From: an uncultured Candidatus Micrarchaeota archaeon
Lineage (GTDB): Archaea > Micrarchaeota > Micrarchaeia > Anstonellales > Bilamarchaeaceae
Direction: 5' to 3'
Length of the DNA: 64,000 nt
NCBI GenBank assembly: GCA_963791815.1
Contig: CAWBTT010000004.1
Coordinates: 130,215 to 194,214, forward strand
Below, in pieces: positions 33,667-43,180 of this stretch. The position numbers and the translations under genes are program-made. The notes beneath the pieces were generated by a model, which saw only the letters and a list, made by a program, of their open reading frames with translations, made no database searches and had not been told where the DNA came from. Positions within the stretch are counted from its first letter, which is position 1, and every line of letters begins with the position of its first letter.

Positions 33667-35157
33667 GTGAAGCTTGAACCAAGGCAATACCAGCAGGCCA
33701 TCTACAATTCAATTGTCGAGCATGGAAACACGCTAGTTGTACTGCCAACTGGGCTTGGGAAGACGCTTATTGCCCTTATGCTGATTAAGGATAAAATAAA
33801 GGAAGGCAGGTGCCTCCTTCTCACACCAACAAAACCATTGGCAAAACAGCACCAGAAATCTGTGATGGACATTCTTGGCATGAATGAGAATGAAGTCAAA
33901 CTGATTACAGGTGACATTACCCCTGCCAAAAGAAAGGAGGAATACGATACTGATGTTGTCATCAGCACCCCGCAGACGATAAGAAATGATTTGGAGAAGG
34001 GGGTTCTGAAACCAAAATTCTCGCTTGTTATATTCGATGAGTGCCACAGGGCAATTGGGGATTATGCGTATACTCCAATAGCAAAGAAACTGCATGGAAA
34101 TTCTCTTTTTGTGGGCCTGACAGCTTCCCCAGGCGGAAGAAGGGAGCGGATAAAGAAAGTCATGAAGGCACTGCACATTGACAATGTGGAGATACGCAGC
34201 CAGGATGATGAGGATGTATCCCAATATGTTCAGAAAAGCAATGTGAAATGGGTGCCGATTGCTCTATCAAATCATTTCAAGGAAATCAAAAAATGCCTTG
34301 ATTCTCTCAGCATGAAACACGCCCAAAGGCTTGGCGCCATGGGGTTCCGCCCTCCATTGAAACATAAGGGGCAGTTCATGCAGATGCGCCAGAGAATCCT
34401 TAACACGAGGCACAACATCAAATTCCCGGCCATGGTCCAGTACTCGATACTCCTCCACGTTCTCCACATGACTGAACTGCTTGAGACGCAGGGCGTTTTT
34501 CCACTTAGAGGCTACATAGAGAAACTGGAGGAAAAAACTAGCAAGTCAGCCAAAATGCTGGTGAACTCCCCTGAGTTTGCCCAAATGAAGATGCTTGCCC
34601 AAAAGGATGAGGATCATCCGAAGATGCCGGTTCTTGTGAAATATATCAAGAAGCTCAAGGGCAAGAAGATGATTGTCTTTGTTCAATACAGGGCGCAGAT
34701 TGCAAGGATTGTGAGCGTATTGAATGAGAACGGAATCAGCGCGATGCAGTTTGTAGGCAAGAAAGATGGCGTGACAAAAAAGATACAAGAGCAGACCATT
34801 GCTGATTTTAGGGATGAGAAATTTGATGTTCTGGTTGCGAGCAGTATTGGAGAGGAAGGGCTTGACATTCCCGCAGTCGATGCCGTGATATTCTATGAGC
34901 CAGTTCCAAGCGAGATACGTTCAATCCAAAGAAGGGGAAGGGCGGCCAGGTTCAAGGAAGGGGAAATCATAGTTCTCATGACCAAGGGAACCCGAGATGA
35001 ATACTATTACTACGCTTCAATCAACAAGGAGAAAAAGATGAAGAATATACTTTCTGGGATGCAGAAAAAGCCCAAGGCAAAAGGAGCCCCAAAATCCAAG
35101 AAACCGGCTAAGAAAGAACTTAACGGCCAGACAAAAATGAGCGATTTTTTCAATTAG
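33667..35157 (+). CDS. hef: Hef/FANCM-type SF2 helicase (helicase domains only, Lys-rich tail)
   Basis: PRQYQ, LPTGLGKT, DECH and QRRGRAAR motifs. No ERCC4 nuclease domain is present in this ORF. Confidence 0.75.
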   Translation: MKLEPRQYQQAIYNSIVEHGNTLVVLPTGLGKTLIALMLIKDKIKEGRCLLLTPTKPLAKQHQKSVMDILGMNENEVKLITGDITPAKRKEEYDTDVVISTPQTIRNDLEKGVLKPKFSLVIFDECHRAIGDYAYTPIAKKLHGNSLFVGLTASPGGRRERIKKVMKALHIDNVEIRSQDDEDVSQYVQKSNVKWVPIALSNHFKEIKKCLDSLSMKHAQRLGAMGFRPPLKHKGQFMQMRQRILNTRHNIKFPAMVQYSILLHVLHMTELLETQGVFPLRGYIEKLEEKTSKSAKMLVNSPEFAQMKMLAQKDEDHPKMPVLVKYIKKLKGKKMIVFVQYRAQIARIVSVLNENGISAMQFVGKKDGVTKKIQEQTIADFRDEKFDVLVASSIGEEGLDIPAVDAVIFYEPVPSEIRSIQRRGRAARFKEGEIIVLMTKGTRDEYYYYASINKEKKMKNILSGMQKKPKAKGAPKSKKPAKKELNGQTKMSDFFN

Positions 35158-36336
35158 TTACTTCTTCTTGATTCTGCTGACGCTCGTCTCCATTATGAAA
35201 GCCATCTCATCCTCATCCAGTTCATAGAAGTCCATGATTTCCTGAGCGTGCTTCTTGCCCATTTCCTTGAAGATGGGGAAGTATGTCCTTGCGTACCTTG
35301 AGCTTGTATGCAGTTTTGAGCCGAGTTTTTTGCCAACGGCCTTCCTCATTGCCCTGCTCGCGACTGTCCTTGACATGTTGCGAAGGTAGCTTGGAAACTG
35401 ATACTTGGTGAATTTATGGTAAACCCCTTTCTTGGCAAGGGCGACCCCTGCTGTGGAAAGGTCTATTGAGTACTTGAGGAGCTTCCAGTGGGTTTTCCTT
35501 ATCCTGCCATCGAAAACGTCCCCTTTGGAAAGAGAATCATATGCCGCTGCCACATCGGAAGTGACATCATACTCAAGAGGGATGTTCTCATCAATCCAGA
35601 GTTTTATCAATTCATAATCAATATCGCCATCAAGCGCTTCCTTTGCCTCGGCATAGGTATGTGCCTTGAATATTCCTCGTACAACTCTGAAGATGTCTTT
35701 CTCATGGTTTCTTGCGCTTGAGCGCAGGGATTGCAAATCATTCAGAGCTGCCCGGACATCCCCTTGCGCATTCTCGGCAATTGCAGCAACCTGCCCATCT
35801 GAAAGTGGAAGGGATTCCTCTTTTGCTATTTTTTCAAGAAGATTCTTCACTGAGACCTTGCTTATTCTTTTGAGTTCAATCTGCTCGCATTCTGCCCTTA
35901 ATGGGGCGAATTTCTTGTCCCATATGTCTGATGCGGTTACGATAACCGGGTGTGTTGAATCCCTAAGCAAGGTGCGGAGTGCTGAGCCGCCCCCGCTGTC
36001 TTTTCTCCCTGCCAGAATATCAGCATCATCAATGAGTATGAGCCTTCCCTGGCCGAATAGTGACTGTGCCAGTGTTGCTCCGCCAAGGACTTTTTCGACT
36101 CTTTTTTTATTGCGGAGTTCGCTCGCGTTCATCTCAATTATGTCAAGGTCAAATTCCTCTTTGAGAGCATAAGCTGTAGTTGTCTTTCCGGTGCCTGATG
36201 GGCCCCAAAGAAGTATTGGCTTTCTTTTCTTTCCTGCCATGCACTGGAGCATCCACTGCTTAATGTGTTCGAGTTTCTCCTTATTGCCAAGAATGTCATC
36301 GATTTTCTTTGGCGCGTATTTGATTGTGTATAGCAT
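35158..36336 (-). CDS. rfcL: replication factor C large subunit
   Basis: YAPKKIDDILGN, LLWGPSGTGKTT, EMNASE and LILIDDAD AAA+ clamp-loader motifs. Confidence 0.8.
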   Translation of the reverse strand: MLYTIKYAPKKIDDILGNKEKLEHIKQWMLQCMAGKKRKPILLWGPSGTGKTTTAYALKEEFDLDIIEMNASELRNKKRVEKVLGGATLAQSLFGQGRLILIDDADILAGRKDSGGGSALRTLLRDSTHPVIVTASDIWDKKFAPLRAECEQIELKRISKVSVKNLLEKIAKEESLPLSDGQVAAIAENAQGDVRAALNDLQSLRSSARNHEKDIFRVVRGIFKAHTYAEAKEALDGDIDYELIKLWIDENIPLEYDVTSDVAAAYDSLSKGDVFDGRIRKTHWKLLKYSIDLSTAGVALAKKGVYHKFTKYQFPSYLRNMSRTVASRAMRKAVGKKLGSKLHTSSRYARTYFPIFKEMGKKHAQEIMDFYELDEDEMAFIMETSVSRIKKK

Positions 36337-38166
36337 TCAGAGCCTCCAGAACTCCTCGACCGCGGCTTCTGGCCTGTCGGTTACCAATATCATCTCATCT
36401 TTATTTAAAATCCAGTTGTACTTGTTCCACTTGAAGCGCTCGTCCATGTAAACAACAGCAAGGCGGTCGCTTTCTTTTCTCCTGCCACGGCCAGCTGCCT
36501 GAAGCGCCTTTATGGTTCCTGGGTAAAGATAGCCATAGTCCCAGCCACGCCCAAATTTCTCATCATAGTAATCAATCAGCGCCCTTGTCTCAACATCCAT
36601 TTCTTCAAGAGCAACGCCTACTATGACAGCGGTTTTTATCTCTCCTTCAGGGTAATCAACCCCTTCGGAAAGGGAGCCCCCCTGCACCCCGCAAAGAACT
36701 CCGCCGCCCTTGAATTTCTTAATCATCGCCCGGATTTCTGCAGGCTTCATGCCAGGACTCTGGATTTGGAGATTATCTGATTTGACATGGTTCAGGATAT
36801 TGTCCATAACGCCATACGAGGGAAAGAAAATCGCGGTCCCCCCAGGAGTTTCTTTCGCGATTTTGTCGATTGATGATGCCATTGCAGAATATTCCTTTGT
36901 ATTTCTGCGCGAATATTTTGTAGTGAAATTCTCTGTTATGATGTTGACGATATTTGCTGTGTCAAATGGGGAGCGGTAGGTCTTCATTTTGGTCTTGTTT
37001 GGATCCAACCCAAGAACATCCCTGTGCATTTCCAAGGGTAGCAGTGTGCCGCTCATCAGGATTGATGATGCGCACTGGTTGAGCACCTTTGTTGCCGGTG
37101 TCGGGTCAAGAAGCCTCTTTGACAAAACAAAATGATTGTCTTTTCTTTTCAGTATTCTGACGCACTGGTAGTGGTCTGATTTCCATTCAAGCATGAACTT
37201 GGCAAGGCTCAGGCAGGCGCTTTTCTTTCCGGTTTTCTCAACAAACTGGGAACCGGATTCTATCAGGCGCTCAGTCGCATCTTCCATGGTCAGCCCAAAA
37301 CGTTCGATAAAGAATGCGAACTCAAATGCGGCTATTGTAGCTTCCTTTTTGCTGCCCAATATTTCTTCAGACCATTTGGTGAATTCCTCATTGACGGGCC
37401 CGGCGTCTTTCCCCAGCATCTCCATCTCCTTTGCCATTCGGAGGAAAGTGAAATTGCTGACACTCCGCGAGAGGCTGCTCCGGATTCTTGATGCGAGGTT
37501 GTGCGCCTCATCGATTATTATGACAGAATCCTCGATACGCTTCTTCACCTTCATCAGGAATATTTCCCTGACGCTTGGAATCATCATGTGATAGTAATCA
37601 GCGACTATTACGTTGGACGCTTCCCCAAGCTTGATAAGCCATTCATAGGGGCAGCAGTCTTTTTCCATCCCGAGATTTATCACGTCGGCGGCGGGCATTC
37701 CGGATCCGTAGTGGGAAAGCAGCTCCTTGAATTTCCTTTCGGCAAAAAGCTCCTGGACCCTGCCGTTTCCGCGGGCGTTGGAGAAATAAATGCACTGCTT
37801 GTCCTTGATTTTCCTTGAGCAGCTTGTGTGGAAACTATCGTGGTCCAGTTTCTGCAAAGAAGGCTCGATGCAGCAGTGCGAGCGCCCGATTATATCTACT
37901 GCCCGCATTGGAAGCTTGTGCTTCTCAATGATGCCCTTGGCAGCTTCCATTGCTATTTTGTGCTGGGATATTTTTGATGTCAGGAAGAAAACGTTCAGGT
38001 TCTCTTCTGCCGCGGCTGTTATTGCAGCAGAAAGAGCAGCGTCGGTTTTCCCGAGCCCTGTCGGAGCCTGCGCCATGAAATTTCTCCTCTCAGAAATGGC
38101 AGAATGGATGTCCTCCATCAGCTCCTTCTGGGACGGGCGCGGCTTCTCGTGCCTGAAATAAACCAT
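36337..38166 (-). CDS. xpd: XPD/Rad3-family Fe-S DNA helicase
   Basis: QAPTGLGKT and DEAHN motifs. Four-Cys cluster between motifs I and II (CC..C..C..CC). C-terminal QAAGRGRR. Confidence 0.8.
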   Translation of the reverse strand: MVYFRHEKPRPSQKELMEDIHSAISERRNFMAQAPTGLGKTDAALSAAITAAAEENLNVFFLTSKISQHKIAMEAAKGIIEKHKLPMRAVDIIGRSHCCIEPSLQKLDHDSFHTSCSRKIKDKQCIYFSNARGNGRVQELFAERKFKELLSHYGSGMPAADVINLGMEKDCCPYEWLIKLGEASNVIVADYYHMMIPSVREIFLMKVKKRIEDSVIIIDEAHNLASRIRSSLSRSVSNFTFLRMAKEMEMLGKDAGPVNEEFTKWSEEILGSKKEATIAAFEFAFFIERFGLTMEDATERLIESGSQFVEKTGKKSACLSLAKFMLEWKSDHYQCVRILKRKDNHFVLSKRLLDPTPATKVLNQCASSILMSGTLLPLEMHRDVLGLDPNKTKMKTYRSPFDTANIVNIITENFTTKYSRRNTKEYSAMASSIDKIAKETPGGTAIFFPSYGVMDNILNHVKSDNLQIQSPGMKPAEIRAMIKKFKGGGVLCGVQGGSLSEGVDYPEGEIKTAVIVGVALEEMDVETRALIDYYDEKFGRGWDYGYLYPGTIKALQAAGRGRRKESDRLAVVYMDERFKWNKYNWILNKDEMILVTDRPEAAVEEFWRL

Positions 38167-38247
38167 GTCAATAGTGTGAAGCGAATTGTTTAAGCGGATT
38201 GGGGGGAAAATTTAATAGAGTGAAGTACGAGAAGAGTTGGGGGTAAA

Positions 38248-39540
38248 ATGCGCATACTGCTTGTAGGAGACGGTGCAAGAGAGCACGCGCTTGCAGAACA
38301 GCTAGCCAAAAGCTCTGAGCTTTTTGTTGCGATGGAGCAGGAAAACCCTGGCATCGCAAGCATTTGCCAGAAAAGATTCGTAAGCGAATTCTCAAACATT
38401 GAGGCAATAGGAAGCTGGGCAATCAAGGAGAAGATTGACGTTGCGCTTGTGACTTCAGAGCGCGCCCTGGCCAGGGGGGTTGTTGATGCTTTGGAAGAAG
38501 CAGGAGTAACTGCAGCGTCCCCCAGGACCAGCGGAAGCGTAATTGGAGAGAACAGGGCATACTCATACAACCTGATGGAAAATGCGGGGATAGCAAGGCC
38601 GGAGCACAGGATTTGCAAGAACATTTCAGAAATCAAAAAAGCTGCAAAAGAGCTTGGAAAAACAGTGATGAAACCATCCCTCCGCGTTGAGTGGCAGGGA
38701 ACAAAATTCACTGACATCGATATGAAAAAAACGGGAATGGAAACGCAGGGAAAGGCATTCATCAAAAGGCACGGCTCAGTCATTCTTGAGCGCATGATTG
38801 ATGGCGAGAGCTTCACGCTCCAAGGATTCACAGATGGGAAAAGTATCACAGTTGGATTGCCAGTACAGGCAGTGAAACGGGCCCTTGATGGGGATGAGGG
38901 AGAATTGACTGAAGGAATGGGAGGATACTCCTCAGGAAGGCTTCTTCCTTTTATGGAAACCAGTGATTTGGAATATGCAAGGTCGGCCCTGAAAAGACTG
39001 GTTGGCGTGATGAGAAAAAAGGGGATTGATTACAAAGGACCAATCCGTGGAGAATTCATAACATCCAGAGGCGGGCCGCTTATGATTGATGCATATGCAA
39101 CACTAGGAGGAATAGCGACCCTCAACAATTTCCTTGTGTTGCGGACCCAGCTTGGTGACATCATACGTTCTGTTGTTGAGGGGAAACTGATGAGCGCATC
39201 ATTTGTTGAGAATGCGACGGTTGTGAAATACCTTGCGCCGCTCAGGTACCCCGGCAAAACAACAAGAAAGGGAGAACTGACAATTGATGAGCGGGTGCTC
39301 TGGAACAATGGGACAAAAACTTATGTCCACTCTTTAGGGATGGTGGATGGAAAGATGATGCTCACAGATGACCGGGCAGTTGCTGTTTGCGCAAGGGGCG
39401 CAATACTTCCGGAAGCCAATGTGAAAGTAGAAGGCTCGATGGTCGGGATATCCGGCAGGGTAAGGCACAGGAAGGACATTGCTTCGCGGAATTTTGTTGG
39501 GCGGGCAGTCAAGCACATGGCACTGTTAAGGAGGAAGTAA
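38248..39540 (+). CDS. purD: phosphoribosylamine-glycine ligase
   Basis: MRILLVGDGAREHALAEQL N-terminus and an ATP-grasp body. 430 aa. Confidence 0.85.
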   Translation: MRILLVGDGAREHALAEQLAKSSELFVAMEQENPGIASICQKRFVSEFSNIEAIGSWAIKEKIDVALVTSERALARGVVDALEEAGVTAASPRTSGSVIGENRAYSYNLMENAGIARPEHRICKNISEIKKAAKELGKTVMKPSLRVEWQGTKFTDIDMKKTGMETQGKAFIKRHGSVILERMIDGESFTLQGFTDGKSITVGLPVQAVKRALDGDEGELTEGMGGYSSGRLLPFMETSDLEYARSALKRLVGVMRKKGIDYKGPIRGEFITSRGGPLMIDAYATLGGIATLNNFLVLRTQLGDIIRSVVEGKLMSASFVENATVVKYLAPLRYPGKTTRKGELTIDERVLWNNGTKTYVHSLGMVDGKMMLTDDRAVAVCARGAILPEANVKVEGSMVGISGRVRHRKDIASRNFVGRAVKHMALLRRK

Positions 39541-40299
39541 ATGAAGTTCATTTACGATGCGCCTGCGCTGCTCCACAAGAAAGCACTCATCCTTGGGGAC
39601 ACTCATTTTGGAATGGAAAACAAGCTGAGGCGCAAAGGAGTTTATGATGCGCAGTTCAGCATGAGGCTTTTTGAGAAACTTGAGGGCATTGTGAAAAAAC
39701 ATAAAGTGAAACGCGTGATTTTCCTGGGTGATGTAAAAGAGGACATCACCATGCTTGATGACAATACAAGAAGGATACTTGAAAAGCTTGGAAATCTTTG
39801 TGACATTACAATAGTAAGAGGCAACCATGATGGGGGGATAGAACAATTCCTGAACGCGGAGATTGTTCCATCGCAAGGTTTTGTTTTTGAGAACCTTGGG
39901 CTATTGCACGGACATTCGTGGCCTTCGGAGGAACTTTTGGGGTGCGAATATTTGGTCATGGGACACCAACATCCAATGATTAGTTTCACAGATACCATGG
40001 GCAGAAAACACAGTGAACCTGTTTGGATTATTGCTGATTCGGACAATGAAAAAATTGCAGAGCGATACAAAAAATTCAACAAAAAAATCAAATTGATTTT
40101 GATGCCGGCGTTCAATCCGCTCGTCGGTTTTCCAATCAATTTTTCGAAAAAAGATGCGCTTGGACCTCTGATTAACAACAAGCTATTTAAACTCGACCGT
40201 GCAATATTGTTTCGGTTGGATGGAACTTGTTTAGGACGTTTCAACAACATAAATTTTGATAAAAGTGGGGCACATGGGAAAGAAAAGAAGAGGACGTGA
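39541..40299 (+). CDS. calcineurin-like metallophosphoesterase
   Basis: GDTHFG, GDVKED, GNHD and GHQH metal-binding motifs in canonical order. Confidence 0.65.
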   Translation: MKFIYDAPALLHKKALILGDTHFGMENKLRRKGVYDAQFSMRLFEKLEGIVKKHKVKRVIFLGDVKEDITMLDDNTRRILEKLGNLCDITIVRGNHDGGIEQFLNAEIVPSQGFVFENLGLLHGHSWPSEELLGCEYLVMGHQHPMISFTDTMGRKHSEPVWIIADSDNEKIAERYKKFNKKIKLILMPAFNPLVGFPINFSKKDALGPLINNKLFKLDRAILFRLDGTCLGRFNNINFDKSGAHGKEKKRT

Positions 40300-40525
40300 C
40301 AGACAAGTTACATGTGCGAACTGTGGGCGTACAGTTCCGCGTACAAAAGCGGTCGATTATGATAAACGGACCCATCTCACAACTGATTTGAAGGGAGAAG
40401 ATAACGTAACATTCACAGGATTCAGAACAGTCTACTACTGCATCAGCTGCGGGAAACACTCAGGAATTTTCGAAAAGAAGAAAGAGCAGGCCCGGAGAAG
40501 AAAGCAGAGGGAAATGTATGGATGA
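40274..40525 (+). CDS. rps26e: ribosomal protein eS26
   Basis: MGKKRRGRDRQVTCANCGRTVPRTKAV...YYCISCGKH gives two CxxC pairs and a basic N-terminus, as recalled for S26e. Overlaps the preceding gene by 26 nt. Confidence 0.65.
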   Translation: MGKKRRGRDRQVTCANCGRTVPRTKAVDYDKRTHLTTDLKGEDNVTFTGFRTVYYCISCGKHSGIFEKKKEQARRRKQREMYG

Positions 40526-40811
40526 AGTATCTTTCGAGGGGAAAAGATACGTGGCTGTAAAACACGAGATTGGAAATCTACCACTTATTGTTGTAAAGGC
40601 AAAGAACGGCTATGTTGCTTGCAGCTACATAGACAGGGCGACTGCTGAAAAGGTGGGCGATGTTGCTGCTTTTGTTTCTGGTGTAAAGAACATTGGAGAT
40701 TTGAAGAAAGCTAAAATAAGGCACGCAACCTCATGGGCAGAAGACCTTGGAATAAGAGAAGGCATGAGCGTAAAGAAAGCCCTTGAACTCATGGACGCAA
40801 TGTACGAGTAA
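40518..40811 (+). CDS. DUF1805 (YunC-like) protein
   Basis: PLIVVKAKNGYVACSYIDRATAEKVGDVAAFVSGV matches the recalled DUF1805 pattern. Confidence 0.5.
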   Translation: MDEVSFEGKRYVAVKHEIGNLPLIVVKAKNGYVACSYIDRATAEKVGDVAAFVSGVKNIGDLKKAKIRHATSWAEDLGIREGMSVKKALELMDAMYE

Positions 40812-41322
40812 ACACGAGTAGAAGGGGCAATATAAACACAACACTGCAGAGGCTGTTAGGATTATTCTGGTAAAGGTTGTCAGGTGCGATTGAAGCAAGG
40901 GACTCGACTTCCTGATAGCACATGTCTTTAGTCACATCTTCTCCAAGCAGGCTGATTCCAAGATTATCCTTTTTCTCTATTTGGCCGCAAAGAGCAGGGT
41001 TCTTCGTTATTTTGGCTATGTCATAATAACATTTGTTATACACGAGCTCTGCTTTTCTCCGGATGTCATTTCCGCTGTCCGGCGCCCCTGAGAATTGTGT
41101 CCAGATTCTTGTGCATATTGAGCGGGCCCCGCTTTCATCGCAGAGATACGCTGATGTAATTGCCGCAGTATGATAGCACTGCATCCTGGCAGAATCCCTT
41201 GTGTGCGCACTATCACACTCATCAATAGTCTTGAATCCGAACGGGGACTTGCCCTCAGTACCAGTACACCCATAAAGAAGAAGGAATAATGAAAAAATGA
41301 TTAATAGATTCCTCACGTTCAT
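40789..41322 (-). CDS. Cys-rich lipoprotein with C-terminal hydrophobic anchor
   Basis: MNVRNLLIIFSLFLLLYGC signal with lipobox-like Cys. Several Cys residues. C-terminal LCSVVFILPLLLVF. Confidence 0.5.
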   Translation of the reverse strand: MNVRNLLIIFSLFLLLYGCTGTEGKSPFGFKTIDECDSAHTRDSARMQCYHTAAITSAYLCDESGARSICTRIWTQFSGAPDSGNDIRRKAELVYNKCYYDIAKITKNPALCGQIEKKDNLGISLLGEDVTKDMCYQEVESLASIAPDNLYQNNPNSLCSVVFILPLLLVFTRTLRP

Positions 41323-41882
41323 CTCCGCGGTTTTTCGGCATATGGCTTGAGAAGTTTCTTTGCCTTATCAAGCGCTTGCACAATCTCCTTTTCATTCTTT
41401 GCGCCGGCGCAGATGACCTTGCCGTTTTTGAAAAGCAAAAGCGAGGCTTTGGGCTCGCGGAATTTGAGTATCGCACCAGGGAACTGCTCTGGCTCATATT
41501 CAACATCCCGAAGCTTGTATGCAATCTTGTATAGGTCAAGCTCCATGTGCAGGTTGGCTGAAGCCACAATGTTGGTAATCTCAATCTTGGGCTTCTTTGT
41601 CTTTGTTATCTTCTTTGCATATGGAGTCAGCTTCTTGATGGTTTTAGCGATTGTCTTTTCAATCATATCACGCTTCTTGCATCCAACGCAGACAACCTTC
41701 CCATTCTTGAAAAGAAGCAGAGATGCTTTTGGATCCGTGTATTTCAGGATAGCTCCCGGAAACTGTTCTGGCTCATATTCAATCTCTGGAATCTTATTGG
41801 CCAGTGCATACAAATCCAGTTCCAGTCCCAAAGAAGCAGAAGCAACCATATTAGTTATTACATAGTCGGGTTTTTTTGACAA
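41319..41882 (-). CDS. tbp: TATA-box binding protein
   Basis: Two direct repeats (ITNMVASASLGLELDLYALA... and ITNIVASANLHMELDLYKIA...). The frame begins at TTG 41882. An out-of-frame ATG at 41886 sits behind an A7 run. Confidence 0.9.
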   Translation of the reverse strand: MSKKPDYVITNMVASASLGLELDLYALANKIPEIEYEPEQFPGAILKYTDPKASLLLFKNGKVVCVGCKKRDMIEKTIAKTIKKLTPYAKKITKTKKPKIEITNIVASANLHMELDLYKIAYKLRDVEYEPEQFPGAILKFREPKASLLLFKNGKVICAGAKNEKEIVQALDKAKKLLKPYAEKPRR

Positions 41883-41983
41883 TCATCCCACCTTTTTAAA
41901 AGCCTTATGAGGATTTATAAAGGGGGGATGTATTTAAAAACACTTTCTCCCAACATCAACACACGAATTATGCCGTGATTACT

Positions 41984-42262
41984 ATGGTTAAACGTTCAAA
42001 AGGTACATTAAGTGGAAAAACGCGGATGCTGCGCGGCAAGGGTAAAGTCAGCGTTGCAAAAGCCGTGGCTACATTCAACATCGGTGACAAGGTCGTAATC
42101 ACACCAAGGGCTATCAGATCTGGCCAGCCACATCTGAGATATGCAAACAGGCATGGCAAGATTGTGGAAAAGAGAGGCATGGCTTATCTTGTAGAGGTCA
42201 CTGACATGAATGCTACTAAAAGACTAATAGTAGGAACTGTTCATCTTCAGCTTTCAATATAA
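41984..42262 (+). CDS. rpl21e: ribosomal protein eL21
   Basis: MVKRSKGTLSGKTR...GDKVVI...HGKIVEKRG is a typical L21e. Confidence 0.85.
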   Translation: MVKRSKGTLSGKTRMLRGKGKVSVAKAVATFNIGDKVVITPRAIRSGQPHLRYANRHGKIVEKRGMAYLVEVTDMNATKRLIVGTVHLQLSI

Positions 42263-42275
42263 CGGTGATATTCAA

Positions 42276-42593
42276 ATGAAAATAAAATCTTCTTCTGTGG
42301 TTTCTGTGTCCGAAGCAAAGGAAATACTTTCCAAAAGGCAGGAGGACGGAGAACTTGGCTATGAGCAGGCACAGGCATTGGAACATGCCGAGAAGTTCTG
42401 CATAGAGAAGCCGGAAAACTGCAAAAAGATTATAGCGGCTCTTGCAAAGCACGAAAAAATAACAGACGAAGTCGCAGTCAAGATTGCAGACATCGGCCCC
42501 TCTGACCCAGCCACTCTTAAAGCTATCCTAGCAAAGGATAGAATAGAGATATCTGATGAGGAAGCGGCTGCTATCCTTAAGGATATGGCATAA
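42276..42593 (+). CDS. rpoF: RNA polymerase subunit Rpo4 (F)
   Basis: 105 aa. Sits in the conserved archaeal L21e-RpoF-DUF655 gene order. Helical HRDC-like C-terminus. Confidence 0.7.
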   Translation: MKIKSSSVVSVSEAKEILSKRQEDGELGYEQAQALEHAEKFCIEKPENCKKIIAALAKHEKITDEVAVKIADIGPSDPATLKAILAKDRIEISDEEAAAILKDMA

Positions 42594-42607
42594 CGCGGGG
42601 GGCTATT

Positions 42608-43180
42608 ATGGAAGACTATGCATGGGTTATCGAGTACTTGCCAGAAGGTCACGCTTCGGCAGTCAGAAAAGAGCCAGTCGTTCAGCTTCTTGGAAGCAAA
42701 TTCTTCACCCTGCTTGAGGCAACTATTAATCCTGATTCAACCATTTTCATGGGACAGAAAGTCTATGTTGGCAAAGAGGGAAGGGAAGAAATAACCCACA
42801 TCAAGGGAAGGCTCAAGTATGATGACCTTACCAATGGAGCCCGGGGATTCCTTCCGGCGATGCTGAAGAAGATAATTATGGAGAGGGAATCAGACTTCGT
42901 AGGATTCCTCAACAACGCTAAATCCATTTCCATCAGAGTACATATGCTTGATTTGCTTCCAGGAATCGGAAAAAAGACCATGGAAGCGCTCCTGCGGGAG
43001 AGGGAAGAGAAGCCATTTGAGACTTTTGAAGATATTCATAAGAGAGTCCCTGCTCTGGCTGACCCTGTCGGGATTTTCGTCCACAGGATTTCAAGTGAAC
43101 TGATGGGCAATGAGAAATACTTCTTATTCACTAAGCCGCCATCTTTGCCAAGGCCTCAAGGCGGATACAGAAGACGCTAG
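42608..43180 (+). CDS. DUF655 putative RNA-binding protein
   Basis: EDYAWVIEYLPEGHA N-terminus and a helix-hairpin-helix-like C-terminus. Conserved position after rpoF. Confidence 0.7.
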   Translation: MEDYAWVIEYLPEGHASAVRKEPVVQLLGSKFFTLLEATINPDSTIFMGQKVYVGKEGREEITHIKGRLKYDDLTNGARGFLPAMLKKIIMERESDFVGFLNNAKSISIRVHMLDLLPGIGKKTMEALLREREEKPFETFEDIHKRVPALADPVGIFVHRISSELMGNEKYFLFTKPPSLPRPQGGYRRR

